DNA from: the human T2T-CHM13v2.0 reference genome, Homo sapiens
Assembly: GCF_009914755.1 (NCBI RefSeq)
Contig: NC_060927.1
Length of the DNA stretch: 64,000 bases
Strand: one strand, 5' to 3'
Shown here: piece by piece, positions 42,480 to 55,607 of the stretch
How the letters are laid out: every line of letters starts with the position of its first letter
Numbering within the stretch: position 1 is the first letter of the stretch
Made by a program: the position numbers and the translations under genes
The notes under the pieces: generated by a model
The model's database searches: none
Told to the model about the DNA's origin: nothing
The model's input: the letters and a program-made list of their open reading frames with translations, nothing else

Positions 42480-43070
42480 TACTTATAATTGACACATAAT
42501 TGTACATATATATGTATGGTGTGATGTCTCAATAAATATACATTGTATAATGATAAAATCAGGATAACTAGCATATCCATTACTTTAAACATGTATCATT
42601 TCTTTTATGGTGATAACATTCAAAATCCTCTCTTCTACCTATATTGAAATATACCTTACTATTAGCTATAGTCAGTCACCCTACTATATAACAGAATACC
42701 GGAATGTATTCTTCCTAACTAACTCTGTGCTTGTAGACCACCTCCGCCAGCTCTCCTCCCCACTATTTTCCCCCAGCCTCTGGTAAAACCATTCTGTTCT
42801 CTACTTCTATGAAATCAACTTTTAGATTCTACATAAAAGTGAGATCATGCAGTATTTGTCTTTCTGTGCCTAGCTTATTACACTTAACATAATGTCCTCC
42901 AGGTTTATCCATGTCACCACAAACAATAGCAATTCATTCTGTTTATGGCTGAAGATTATTCTAGCGTGTGTGTGCATTCTCTAGAATATTCTTCAGCCAT
43001 ACGCGCGCATACACACACACACACACACCCACCACATCTTCTTTATCCATTCATTTGTAGATGGGGCACT
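42480..43070 (-). mobile_element. L1MA 3' end fragment
   Basis: ttagattctacataaaagtgagatcatgcagtatttgtctttctgtgcc..., a typical reverse L1M 3' UTR. Confidence 0.85.
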
Positions 43071-43179
43071 TTAAAAAGCTAACATGTTCCTTTTGGAAGG
43101 ACAGAGATATACTGGTATTTTGGCAATAGTTTTCCAAATATCCTTCTCATATTCCTGAAGATCTTTCTGCTTACTGGCC

Positions 43180-43568
43180 TGATATGGTTTGGATTTTTGT
43201 CCCCGCCCAAATCTCATGTCAAATTGTAATCCCCAATGTTAGAAGAGGGGCCTGGTGGGAAGTGATTGGATCATGGGGGCAGACTTCCCCCTTGCTGTTC
43301 TCGTGATAGTGAGTTCTCACAAGATCTTGTTTAAAAATGTGTAGCACCTCCCCCTTCCCTCTCTTCCTCCTGCTCCAGCCATGTAAGACATGTCCATCTC
43401 TCCTTCCCCTTTTGCCATGATTGTAAGTTTCCTGAGGCCTCCCTAGCCATGCTTCCTGAACAGCCTGTGGAACCACGAGCCAATTAAACCTCTTTTATTT
43501 ATAAATTACCCAATCTTAGGTATTTCTTTATAGGAGTCCATCCATTCTATTAGGATGGACTAATACAC
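43180..43568 (+). mobile_element. MaLR solo LTR (MSTA/THE1-type)
   Basis: TG...CA ends: tgatatggtttgg...ccaaatctcatg...aattaaacctctt...actaataca. Confidence 0.92.
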
Positions 43569-43787
43569 AGCCTTACCCTTTTTACAGGTTCTTGGTTTGA
43601 AAGAAATAGAATACAGGTTATCTTGTGCATTTTTTTCACTCAGGTGCTACTAAAAAGCAGAAAGATTCAGGAGAGAACATGTGGAAAAACAGCCATTTAT
43701 TTATAAGCCACATATATGAGAAAAAGGAGACTTTATGGCAAATATCCACATATATAAACAATAGAAAATAAAGATAGTAATTTGTTA

Positions 43788-43922
<135 letters not shown>

Positions 43923-45286
43923 CTAAAGCATGAAATAAAACCAAAAATTTTAGGATATACTTGTATTAAAACAATGTTACTAAAAGCTGAGGATGTAAGT
44001 TGCTTGTAAAGTAATAAAAGATTATTACCAGTACTTCAGAATGTTGAATAAGAACTGAAAAACTTCAAGTCCTATGGATGACTTGTAATAGAAGACCATA
44101 GCAAATATATCTTATGGAAGTAGTAGAAAACTCTCATTTTAAATAGAGATGTGACTGAATGATCAAGACTATTTGGATATTTCAAAGGACTCTGTTGGCA
44201 CCATTAACAATAACAAGTGGAAATTCAATTTTATTTTATTTTTAGTTAATACTAGCTTGCTGTAACTAGAGGCTGGAGAAGCCACAACCTCACTGATTCT
44301 AATTTCTAAAGTAAGTGGGCTGAGTAGATGGTCCTCAAAAAATCTTCATGTGGAGAAAAAACGTACATAAATGGGAGAGAATGATTGGTCAAAAAATGGT
44401 ACTGAGAAAATAAAATATTTGGATAAGGAATCAAGTTTGACCCATGGCTCCTATCTAATAATGAATAAGTATTAAATATTACAAAAATTGAAATCACACA
44501 CACGAAGAAAATACAGCAAATAGATGGTCTCTGATAAGTATAAATGTAATAGAAGGGGTAAAAAAAATCTTAGGTTTAATTATATAAAATTTGAAAACTT
44601 CTCCTGGTCAAAATTTATATATAAAAGGTATGCAGAATAGAGACTGGGAGGATATGCACCAAAATGTTTCCAGTGATTGTCTTTGGGTATTGTTCTTATT
44701 GGTGGCTTATTTTCTTCTTTGTACTTCCTACACTTTAAAACATACATGCAAACAAATATAAACATTAGTTGTTTAACAGAAATATAATTATACAGCATCC
44801 ATTATAGTATAACTCAGTTTTACTTAGGTACATTTCTCATTGGTAGAGATTGAATTCAACTTCTCTTTTAAATATACACAGACATTTTTTATAAAAACGG
44901 ATGTATATCATAATCCTTTTGTAGTGCTATTGTTTCCTCCTATTTTGATTGCCTCCCACTCTCCTCCTTACACTTACACACACACACGCACACACACACA
45001 CACACATTTGATATATAATCCAAGAACCTGGTATATACCCTTCCACTCTTCTGTGATTATATGATGGCACAGCAACATACACACGTAGAGAGCTTTTGTT
45101 AAATCTTTTACTCAATAAAGAGTATTATACTGAATGCTCTGAATCTTACTTTTTTCATGCAACAATATCTTGTAAAAATCTTCCAGGTCCAAGAGTGGAC
45201 TACTAATTTTGTCTCTTTAATGACTGCACTTTTCATGGCCTGAAATATACCCTATCATTACTACCACCATTACTACAACTAGAGTG

Positions 45287-45310
45287 TACACACACACACA
45301 CACACACACA
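45287..45310 (+). repeat. (CA)n microsatellite (others at about 43010-43027, 44976-45006, 46369-46385)
   Basis: Read directly: acacacacacacacacacacaca. Confidence 0.95.
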
Positions 45311-45423
45311 ATTCATGTATCCTCTTTTCCTCAATAATTTTAAAGCCTCTTAGAACAATGGTACAGACACAGATTAAATACATATTCTGCTGCCTTTGCA
45401 TTTAGACAATTTAGCTGTTCCTA

Positions 45424-45525
<102 letters not shown>

Positions 45526-46844
45526 CTAAATGAGAAAACTAAAGTTAACACTTTTAAGTACTATCAATTTTAAACAGCACTGATCAAACCACAATGTAAA
45601 CTAAAAATATAAATTATTAAAATGTTTTATTTTTCCCCTATTCTGCTAGGTCCCAAGTAAGGAACTAAATATGGATTTAGGCATATTTACTCCTAGAGGA
45701 TTTCCTTTCTAATGAGACTAGAATGATAAAATAAATACAGACTAAGAAGCAGATTTAGGAGAAAAACTCAGCAACAACGGACCTAATACTGGCTAAGAAT
45801 TAAAAAAGGACAAGGGCATACAGACACACCGACACCATCATTCAAAGAAAAAAAATGGACTGCCAGGCCTGTTTTGAACTCATCTTCTGTATTAACTGAC
45901 TTAATGGACTTCATCCATACCACTGGTGCTGGAATGGTCCTACTGCTCCTTGCTTTAGATGTTACTTTCCTTGACCAAAATTATTCAAGGACAGAGTTAG
46001 TTATCAGAATACTAGTTTGTCTAGCCCTGGTTTTCTCTGATTTACATAAATCTAACAGTCTCTGATTTTGGCTCTGATAACGGGTAATAGTTCTACATCT
46101 AAAGAAGCAAATCTGAATTATGACTAAAATGGAACAGCTTCTTATAACACATGAATTCTCACAATATAAACACTTTTCCATCAGCTGCTCTCACATTAAC
46201 AGGTGAAACTCTCAGTGGAAGTACCTCATCATGGCATTAGATATGTTTAATATGTAACCAACAGGCTTAAAAGACAATTCTGAGTATTACAGACTAAGTA
46301 TCACTCTTATTCATTCTACAAATATATTCCGTTATATATGACTACAATGTTCCAGTAGACAGAACTAAGACACACACACACACACCCCTCTGTTTCTCTG
46401 TGTGCTACATTTTTTCCTTGTGTGCATGCATGCATTCCCCTCCCCCACCAAACAGTATATGCATACTTATAGTTTGAATTCAACACTATAGGGTTCATTT
46501 TAATTTTCCCATTTTCATACTTTAACGCCCTTTTCCAACAGTGAGAAACCTAGCTCCATTATCAATACATTTACTTATCTACTCAATCCTACAATTCACA
46601 GAAAATTATTTCAGAATTGTTAACTGATACTAATTCAAAAGACAAACTGAATTCAACATTTGCACAAAGTACATTTTAAATTTAGACTCAGGGTATATAC
46701 AGCCAAACTACAGATGCTCAGCTAACCTTGTGGAATATAACTAATTCTAGTCTGGCTCTGGGAAATGAGTGAGGGGCAAGGATCCATAAAAGGGTGACAA
46801 GTACATGGAGTCCCCTTGTGTCAGACTAAAATTATGTGACTTCA

Positions 46845-47054
<210 letters not shown>

Positions 47055-47391
47055 TTACATAATGAAAAGAGCATAGACCATTCCCAATTGTACACTTTCT
47101 AGTACCAACTGTACACATTCTTGTTAGAGTTTTAACAAAGCTTCTTATTTAAATAACTAGAAAAGGCTATACAACTAAAACTGCAAATAAATATTCCTTT
47201 ATCTCTGTCTTGGTCTGCACCCCTTCCTGGAGTCTAATTCTATATAAAATGATTAATTCAAGATTGTGAGACACCAGCAAGCTAAGCACAGGGAATTTTA
47301 TCTGAACAGGAGTTTTATCATCCTAATTCTGTGAAGATGACACAGTAAAAATGGAAAAGCTCTAGAAGTTTCAAAGTACTTATAGCAGATA

Positions 47392-47922
47392 TGGCAAGCA
47401 GCCATTAAGATGGAACCCAAAGATCACCACCTCCTGGTACTCATGCTCCTGTTTAATTCCCTCCCCTTGAGTCTGGGTGAACCTAGTCCCTTGCTTCTAA
47501 TAAATAAAATATGGCAAGAGTGATGAGATGTCACTTCTGAGATTTGGTTACAAAGAGACTGTAGCTTCCATCTTGGTACTCTCTTGCTTGCCAGGCTCTG
47601 AAGGAAGCCAACTTCCACAGCTAGTGTAAACTGTCCTATGGAGAGACATGCTGCAAGGATGTCTCCAGCTATTAACGAAGGACCTGAGGTCTGCCAATGG
47701 ACTATTAGTAGGTATGGAGGCAGATTCTCCCCAATTAGAACCTTGACATGACTACAGCCCTGGCTGATGCTTGACTGCAGCTTTGGGAGAGACCCCAAGT
47801 CAGAGGCATCCAGGTAAGTTACAATGGGATTTCTGAGCACAGAAACTGAGGTAATAAATGTTTGTTATTTTAAGCTATTAAGTTTTAGGATAATGTGTTA
47901 GGCAGCAATAGGTACTAGTACA
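47392..47922 (+). mobile_element. MaLR LTR (MLT1F/G-type)
   Basis: tggcaagcagccattaagatgg...gtaataaatgtttgttattttaagc...gcagcaataggtactagtaca. Confidence 0.82.
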
Positions 47923-48176
47923 ATAGAGGACTAAATAGAAAAAAATAATGCTCTAAATGCTGAACAAATTTTATCTTAGAAGATATCAGAAGGATCTTCA
48001 TCTCAGGGTTGAGAAGAAACAAATGGAGAAATAAAATCAGAGAGTAACAATTTCTTACTAATCTAAAATCTCCTTTTAAAATGAAATCACTCTATTTTCA
48101 AATTCTGTTAACCCCATGATCCAGGTAGAAAGCAAACAACACTAAAGCTAAAGAATTATTAAAGTTTGTTTCTGAA

Positions 48177-50440
48177 ATGCTCACTAAATTAGGTATAGAA
48201 AGTATGCAGCTTGAAACAACAAAGGCCATATATGACAAACATACTGATGTTATGCTTTCAGCTATTCCCCTAAGATCAGGAACAAGACAAGTATGCCCAA
48301 TTTCACCACTTCCATTCAACACAGTGCTAGAAGTCTTAGAGCTATTAGGCAAGAGAAAGAAATAAAAGGTATCCAAATTGTAAAGGAAGAAGTTGTCCCA
48401 TTTGCAGATGATATATCATATATAGGAAATCCTAGACTCCACCAAAAAAGTGTTAGAATAAATTCAGTAAAGTTGCAGGATATAAAATTAACATATACAA
48501 ATTGGTAGTGTTTCTAAATACTAATAGTGAACTATCTGAAAAAAAAATCAAGAAAACAATTCCATTTCCAATAGCTACGAAAAAATAAATACCCAGGAAT
48601 AAACTTAATAATGGAAGTGAAAGATTTCTACACTGAAAATGATAAAACATTGATGAAAGAAACTGCAGAGGATGTGGGTAAATGGAAAGCTATCTGCTGT
48701 TCATGAACTGGAAGAACTGCTAAAACGGCCATACTATACAAAGTGGTCTACAGATTTAATGCAACCTCTATCAAAATACCAATGACACTCTTCACAGAAA
48801 TAGAAAAAATAATCCTAGAATTCATATGGAACCACAAAAGACACTGAATAGCCAAAGCAATCCTGAGTAAGAATAAAAAAGCTGGAGACATCATACTACT
48901 TGACTTCAAAACATACTACACAAAGCTATAGGAGCCAAAACAGCATGCTACTGGCATAAAAACAGACACACAGAACAATGGAACAGAACAGAGAGCCCAG
49001 AAATTCACACATCACGGGCAACTGATTTTTGACAAAGGTGGCAATACCACACACTGGGGAAACACAGTCTCTTCTATAAATGGTGCTGGAAAACTTGAAT
49101 ACCCACATGTAATGAGGTTAGACCCCTCTCTCTCACCATATGCAAAAATCAATTCAAAATGGATTAAAGACTTAATGAAAAAAAAAAAGTATGAAACTAC
49201 TAGAAGAAAATGTAGGGGAAATGCTTCATAATACTGGGCTGGGCAAGTATTTTTAAATGAGACCTCAAAAGCACAGGCAACAAAAGAAAAGACACATTAC
49301 ATCAAACTCAAAAGCTTTTTGCACAGCAAAAGAAACAAAGCAAAGAGACAACCTACAGAATGGGAGAAAACATCTGCAAACTACATCTGACAAGAGATAT
49401 CTAAAATATATACTAAAAGAACTGCAAAAAAACCTAAAATAACTGCAAAGGAACTCAAACAACTAAAAAAAAACCCCAAGTAATCCAATTAAAAAATGAG
49501 CAAAATATCTTAACACATTTCTCAAAAAGAGACAAAGAAATGGCCAAGTATATGAAAAATGTTCAAAACCACTAATTATCAGGGAAATGCAAATCAAAAC
49601 CACAATGAGATACCATCTCATTCCAGTTAGAATGGCTACTGTCAAAAAGACAAAAGAAAACAAGCGTTGGTGAGAACGTGGATAAGAGAACACATACACT
49701 GTTAGTGGGGATATAAATTAGTATAGCCACTATGGAAAACAGTATGGAAGCATCCCTCAAAACATTAAAAATATGACGACCATATGATCCAGCAATCCCA
49801 CTATGGGGTAGATATCCAAAGGACATGAAATCAACATGTTGAAGAGATATCTTGTATTTATTGAGCACCATTCACAATAGCCAAGATACAGAATCAACCT
49901 AAGTGTCCAATAACAGACAAAATAAAGGAAATGTGGCACATATACACATGGAATATGATTCTGTCATAAAAAATAAAATCCTGCCATTTGCAACAACATT
50001 AATGAAACTGGAGGACATTATGTTAAGTGAAATATACCAGACACAGAAAGACAAATAATGTATGATCTCACTTACATGTGGAATCTAAAAAATGTTGCTA
50101 TCATAGAAGTAGAGAGTGCAACAGTGATTACCCAGAGACTGGGGAGAGGATGGGGATGGGAATGAGGAGGATGGGGAGAGGTTGGTTAATAGGTAGATAG
50201 AAGGAATAAGTTCTGGTGTTCTATGGTACACTAGGGTATCTATGGTTAACAGTAAATTATTATATATTACAAAACAGCTAGGAATGGTTTTGAATGCTCT
50301 TGCCACAAAAAAATGATAAATGCATGAAGTAACAGGTACCGTAACTACCCTAATTTGATCATTATACAATATACACACATATTAAAACATCAACTTGTAC
50401 CCCATAAATACAACTGCAATGTGTCAATTAGAAATAAAAT
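48177..50440 (+). mobile_element. 5'-truncated old L1 (L1MA-type), antisense to MRPL3
   Basis: ORF2 remnants PLRSGTRQ.CP.SPL.FN.VLEVL and AIRQEKEIKGIQI..FADD, followed by an L1MA-type 3' UTR ending near 50440. Confidence 0.9.
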
Positions 50441-50517
50441 TTGTCTTTGATTATATCAGTATAAATGACACAATAAAAAGACTGGAAAAAATTCTCAGAC
50501 TGTACTAGACTTTTTAA

Positions 50518-50831
50518 TTTTTTTTTTTTTTTTTTTTAAAGAGACAGGGTCTTACTCTGCCAACCACGCTGGAGTGCAGTGGTACAGTGATAACTCACTG
50601 CAGTCTTAAACTCCTGGGCTCAAGCAATCCTCCTGTCTCAACCTCATGAGTAGCTAGGACTACAGACTACAGGTGCATGCCACCACACTCAGCTAATTTT
50701 TAATTTTTTTTGGTAGAGAGAGGGATCTTGCTTTGTTGCTTAGGCTGGTCTCGAACTTCTAGCCTTGAGTGATCCTCCCACCTGGGCCTCCCAAAGTGTT
50801 GGGATTACAGGTGTGAGCCACCATGCCAGGC
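50518..50831 (-). mobile_element. Alu (AluJ)
   Basis: T tract plus reverse dimer, with a small internal gactaca duplication. Confidence 0.92.
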
Positions 50832-51128
50832 ATGTGACATATTTTTACTCTTAAAATGAAGATTTTTCTCACCTTTTACTAGATAATACATCAACATATT
50901 TTTAACAGAGTGTTCCCTAACCCCACCAACGTTAGCTATTATTATATAGTGTACTGTTCAGGCCATTTACAAAGAGGACAAAAAGAAAAAGATTATAAAA
51001 ACAAACTTATTTCCACAAGGACTTTGCTATGCATTCAGCAAACAATTAGCAATGGATTGAAGAAAGCCTATGTGAATAATACAGTTTGTTTTCAATACAT
51101 CAAAAATCCACTCTAAAAATAAGGATAA

Positions 51129-51252
51129 GGCTGGGTCTGGTGGCACATGCCTGTAATCCCAGCACTTTGGGAAGTTGAGGTGGGAGGGCTGCTTGAGGTC
51201 AGGGGAGGCCAGCCTGGCCAACATAGTGAGACCTCAAACTTAAAAACAAAAA
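51129..51252 (+). mobile_element. Alu left monomer (FLAM_C-like)
   Basis: ggctgggtctggtggcacatgcctgtaatcccagcactttggg...A-rich end. Confidence 0.85.
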
Positions 51253-53732
51253 TGATACATTACATGTATGACTTAACAGCTGAATACTATCAAATCATAG
51301 GTCAAAAGTCACTTTTATAAGAATAATTTAAACATAGCTTACATCACATTCTTCACATTAAGCCTGTGAACAGTGTGTATATAATTTTTTGGATGTGAAA
51401 ACTCAAGATAATGTGTATACCTGATCAAAGAGCTAAAACATAACACATATTAAATAAAAACCCACTATTAATTATGTAAACTAACATCTAAGAAGAGAAT
51501 AATCAAATATTTTATGCTTTAGAAATTTAACAAATGTTTCCACTTAACATTGAATTTTAGAACCTAATTGGAAAGTACAGTGCTTGGCAATTTAAAAATG
51601 AAAAGGAAATACCTAAAGAGTAATTTGAACTTACCATATCATTTGGCAAACAACACTTCAAAGAGAAAAGGAGACAGAGAGACTGGCAACACTAATCTAA
51701 ATGAACATGTTACACTGGCCATTCTTGGTAGAAAGTTTACTGGTACTTCTGTGTTCTTAAAACTGATGATCTCTTACTTAAAAAGAGAGCATGAGTGCAT
51801 GCACCAGTAGAACACATGCCAGGTGAACTACAGAAGATAACTTAGCTCATTTTAAGAGTAAATAATTGTAAGATAAAAGTGGTATCCTGAAAGTGCTAAT
51901 TATCTGTTGGCTAATTACAGATTGCTTTTCAATCTAGCTCTAGAATACATCATGTAGTTATACTCTGTACAATGAGAACCTCTTCAGTAACCTTTAAACA
52001 AAAGAACAAAACACAAATAACATGACAAATTATTGGCTGAATTCAGATTAGGGAGAACAGAGTGTACCTGTTGATCCATGGGAGGTACAGGTATTGATAC
52101 TACTCTCAGTTGTCACTCAACTTGAGAACAAAAATAAAACAAAAGCAAGAAATGAACTAATCTATACTTAGTATAGCCAGACACATTTCAAGTAAAAGGT
52201 TTCCACAGGTCATATAAAATAAAATCTTCATTTTACTAAAAATAATATACAACATACTTTATATTTTATATCCCTTACCCATTTTCTGCTTAGTTTTTAA
52301 TTAATGATAGCAGAAAAAAAATCAAATAGAGGAAAGCTTAAAGTGGAAAGAACATAGAGATCCCAATTTTAGTTAGATATATTTGAAAATTAAGAAGACA
52401 TAAAAGATGTATTTTATTTAGAGTATCTATACTAAAATATAGAAATTCAGATGTATCATTTAATCTAGGAAACATTATTGTCCTTGCTTCTCAGTCCATT
52501 TCCCCTCAGTACACTTTCAGTGCACGAAGGGTAGAAACTGTGTATTATTTAGCTGTAGTGCCCAGTCTAGAGAAGCAGAGTAAAATTTGTTACTGGCTAT
52601 AGCTGTGTCCAGGGAAGACAGGGGATTAAGTCTCCTTTCTTCTGTCCTACAGTTTCCAATTATTGTATAATGGGCATGCCTTTTAGTTTGAAAAGATGGT
52701 TTGAAGAAAAGGGGAGAAGCTTAAAGGTATGGCTAATAATCCTGCAGAAGGGAATGCACAATTTAATGTTTCCCGCTGAATTCTATAAATCTCTAGAGAT
52801 TCTTACTATGAGAATTGTATTCCCTTGCTATACTGTGACAAATGCCTACCAAGAGACACACAGGTTTTAATATAAATCCATCATGTATTTCTTTACTTTG
52901 TGAGAAACTGCCTTTCATTGCATGATTCTGGATATACTTGTCTATGGGGATAAAACGAAATGTCCATAAGGTGAAGAATGACCATATACCTGCTTTTAAA
53001 CCCATCCATTCTGTGTCCTCTGAGAACTTCCTCTAAAATTCCCATCCCCTGAGTATCTCCCTTGAGAAGCCACTGGATTCTCCTACCTTCTTTTCCCTTC
53101 ATATCCCTCCTCGTCTTTCACTGGAACACAAACTGCTTCTCCTTCTCTCATCAACCATCCACTCTCTGCAATCCATCTTCCTCTCCAATTACTCTTTGGA
53201 ATTCACTCTGAGGTTAATCCCCAAATCCCAAATCCAAGTCTTTTACTAAAACAGTTTTTTATTATGGAAGTTTTACGGAATATTCAGGAGCAGAGAGATT
53301 AACTCAATAAATCCCTATGTATCCATCATCCAGTGTTGAACAATAATCAACTCAAGGCCTATTTATTTTTTTCATCTGTTCCTCTCCTCTGACAACTCCA
53401 ATAGATTATTGTGAGGCAAACTCCAGATACCCTATCATTTCATTCACAAATATTTCAGTAGAGATCTCTAAAAGATAAGAATACTTTTGAAGAACAAAAC
53501 CACAATACCATTATCACAACCTAAAAAATTTAGTAATTTCTTAACATCGGTGTTTAGATTTCTATAGGATCTTTTAAAATAGAATCTCTCCACAGGGTTT
53601 TCCTCTACCCCTTAACGTCCCGCTCCTTTCCATTGTCATCATTTCCTCCCTATTTTCCTGCTTCCCTAATGTTCTTTGAGAAATCTCTTTCCTCTTGCTG
53701 CCTCTGATTCTCTTCTCACTAAGGTTTAAAAG

Positions 53733-53947
53733 AGGGGTTGGCAAACTGGCCTGTGCTGGCCGTATGTTTTTGTAAATAAAGTTTTATTGGGATAGAGTCA
53801 TGCACACTAATTTACATATTGCCTATCTCCAATTTAGAGCTGTAATGGCAGAATAAGTTAGTTCTCTCATGGGCAAGAGAGAACATAATGTCTGCAAACC
53901 TAAGATATTTACTTCCCATTCTTTGAGAAAAAGTTTTTAGACCCCTG
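53733..53947. mobile_element. MER58A hAT MITE
   Basis: aggggttggcaaact...gtaaataaagttttattgg...gacccctg terminal inverted repeats. Confidence 0.85.
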
Positions 53948-54459
53948 AAGTTATTAGTAATAAGCTGGAGTTCCATAATCTTGCACTCTGGCAAGAATTT
54001 TGCCATGATCCCATTCTACAGATGTACCAACCATATCCAACTGGAAGTACCTCAGCCATTCACTTGCAGTGTTTAAGAAACAAACCAAACATCTCTCTTC
54101 CTTCAAGTTATCCTACCACAGGGCAGAATTCCCAAGGTGGTAATCTAATCACATAAATTTGTACTCTGCTTTAAAAAAAAACAAGCAAACAAACTTAGAT
54201 GGTTCCCTAGTAATATTTTTAGCTTAGAATATATAAGGTTTTTTATAACTGGATCCAACCTGACTTCCAAACACTGAAAAATCTTAGTCATAGCAGATTA
54301 CTCCATGAGTCCCTAAATAAGCCACTCTTCCATGCCTTTGTTCATTTTGTTCCTTCTGCCTCAAACACCCTTCATACTACATTGTCTATCTTCCCACTAT
54401 TGTCATGAAAAAACAACCAAGTATTCAATATCAAGTTGCATCACCTGTGAAATATTCGA

Positions 54460-54744
54460 TTTTTTTTTTTTTTTTTTTGAGACAGACTCTCGCTCTGTTT
54501 ACCAGGCTGGAGTATAGCGGTGTGATCTTGGCTTACTGCAAGCCCCACCTCCCAGGTTCAAGCAATTCTCAGGCCTCAGCCTCCCAAGTAGCACCTGCAA
54601 CCACGGCTAATTTTTTGTCTTTTTAGTAGAGATGAAGTTTCGCTATGTTGGTCAGGCTGGTCTCAAACTCCTGGCCTCAAGTCATCTGTCCACTCTAGCC
54701 TCCTAAAGTGCTGGGATTACAGGTGTGAGCCACTATGCCCAGCC
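54460..54744 (-). mobile_element. Alu (old S/J)
   Basis: T tract plus reverse dimer; TSD aaatattcgatttt / aaatatttgatttt. Confidence 0.93.
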
Positions 54745-54848
54745 CAAAATATTTGATTTTTAATTTTTAAAAATCAAAATCCATACTCTAAGTAGAGGTT
54801 TTTCAATTAGAACCATTTCCAAATTAAGTTTTCTTTTTTTCTTCAGGG

Positions 54849-54985
54849 AAATGTTTAGAGTCCTGCAATTTATCCAGCCACTGATGAAGCTGGTTAGAGC
54901 TGGCAGGAACTCCAAATTATTCTTGCATACACTGTCCCCCCTGCCTGGACATGAGCACAGTCAGGCAAGGTCTACGAGTATGCCC
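54849..54985 (-). ncRNA. SNORA58: H/ACA box snoRNA SNORA58 (ACA58), 137 nt, intronic and sense to MRPL3
   Basis: Minus strand GGGCATACTCGTAGACCTTGCC...GGACTCTAAACATTT. H box AGAATA (54918-54923) lies between two hairpins and ACA is 3 nt from the 3' end. Matches my recollection of SNORA58 hosted in MRPL3. Confidence 0.93.
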
Positions 54986-55253
54986 TCCAAATTAAGTTTT
55001 CACTTTCTCTCTTTATGCTCTAAGAAGTTTAAGTGACTTGTACATATATCACTCAAAAAACCAGTAACTGTGTACCAAATGGAGAAAGGACACTTGACTT
55101 CTTTAAGAATACACCCAAATCAGGCTACATTTTTAAAATTTAATAAATAGAAGTGGGGGTGGGAAGGTGAAGAAATTACTGGTTTAAAAAGCAGCTTCTC
55201 TGTTATGGTAAAATGGAGATTCACAGGAAAATGGAGATTCACCTGGGTTTCTA

Positions 55254-55607
<354 letters not shown>

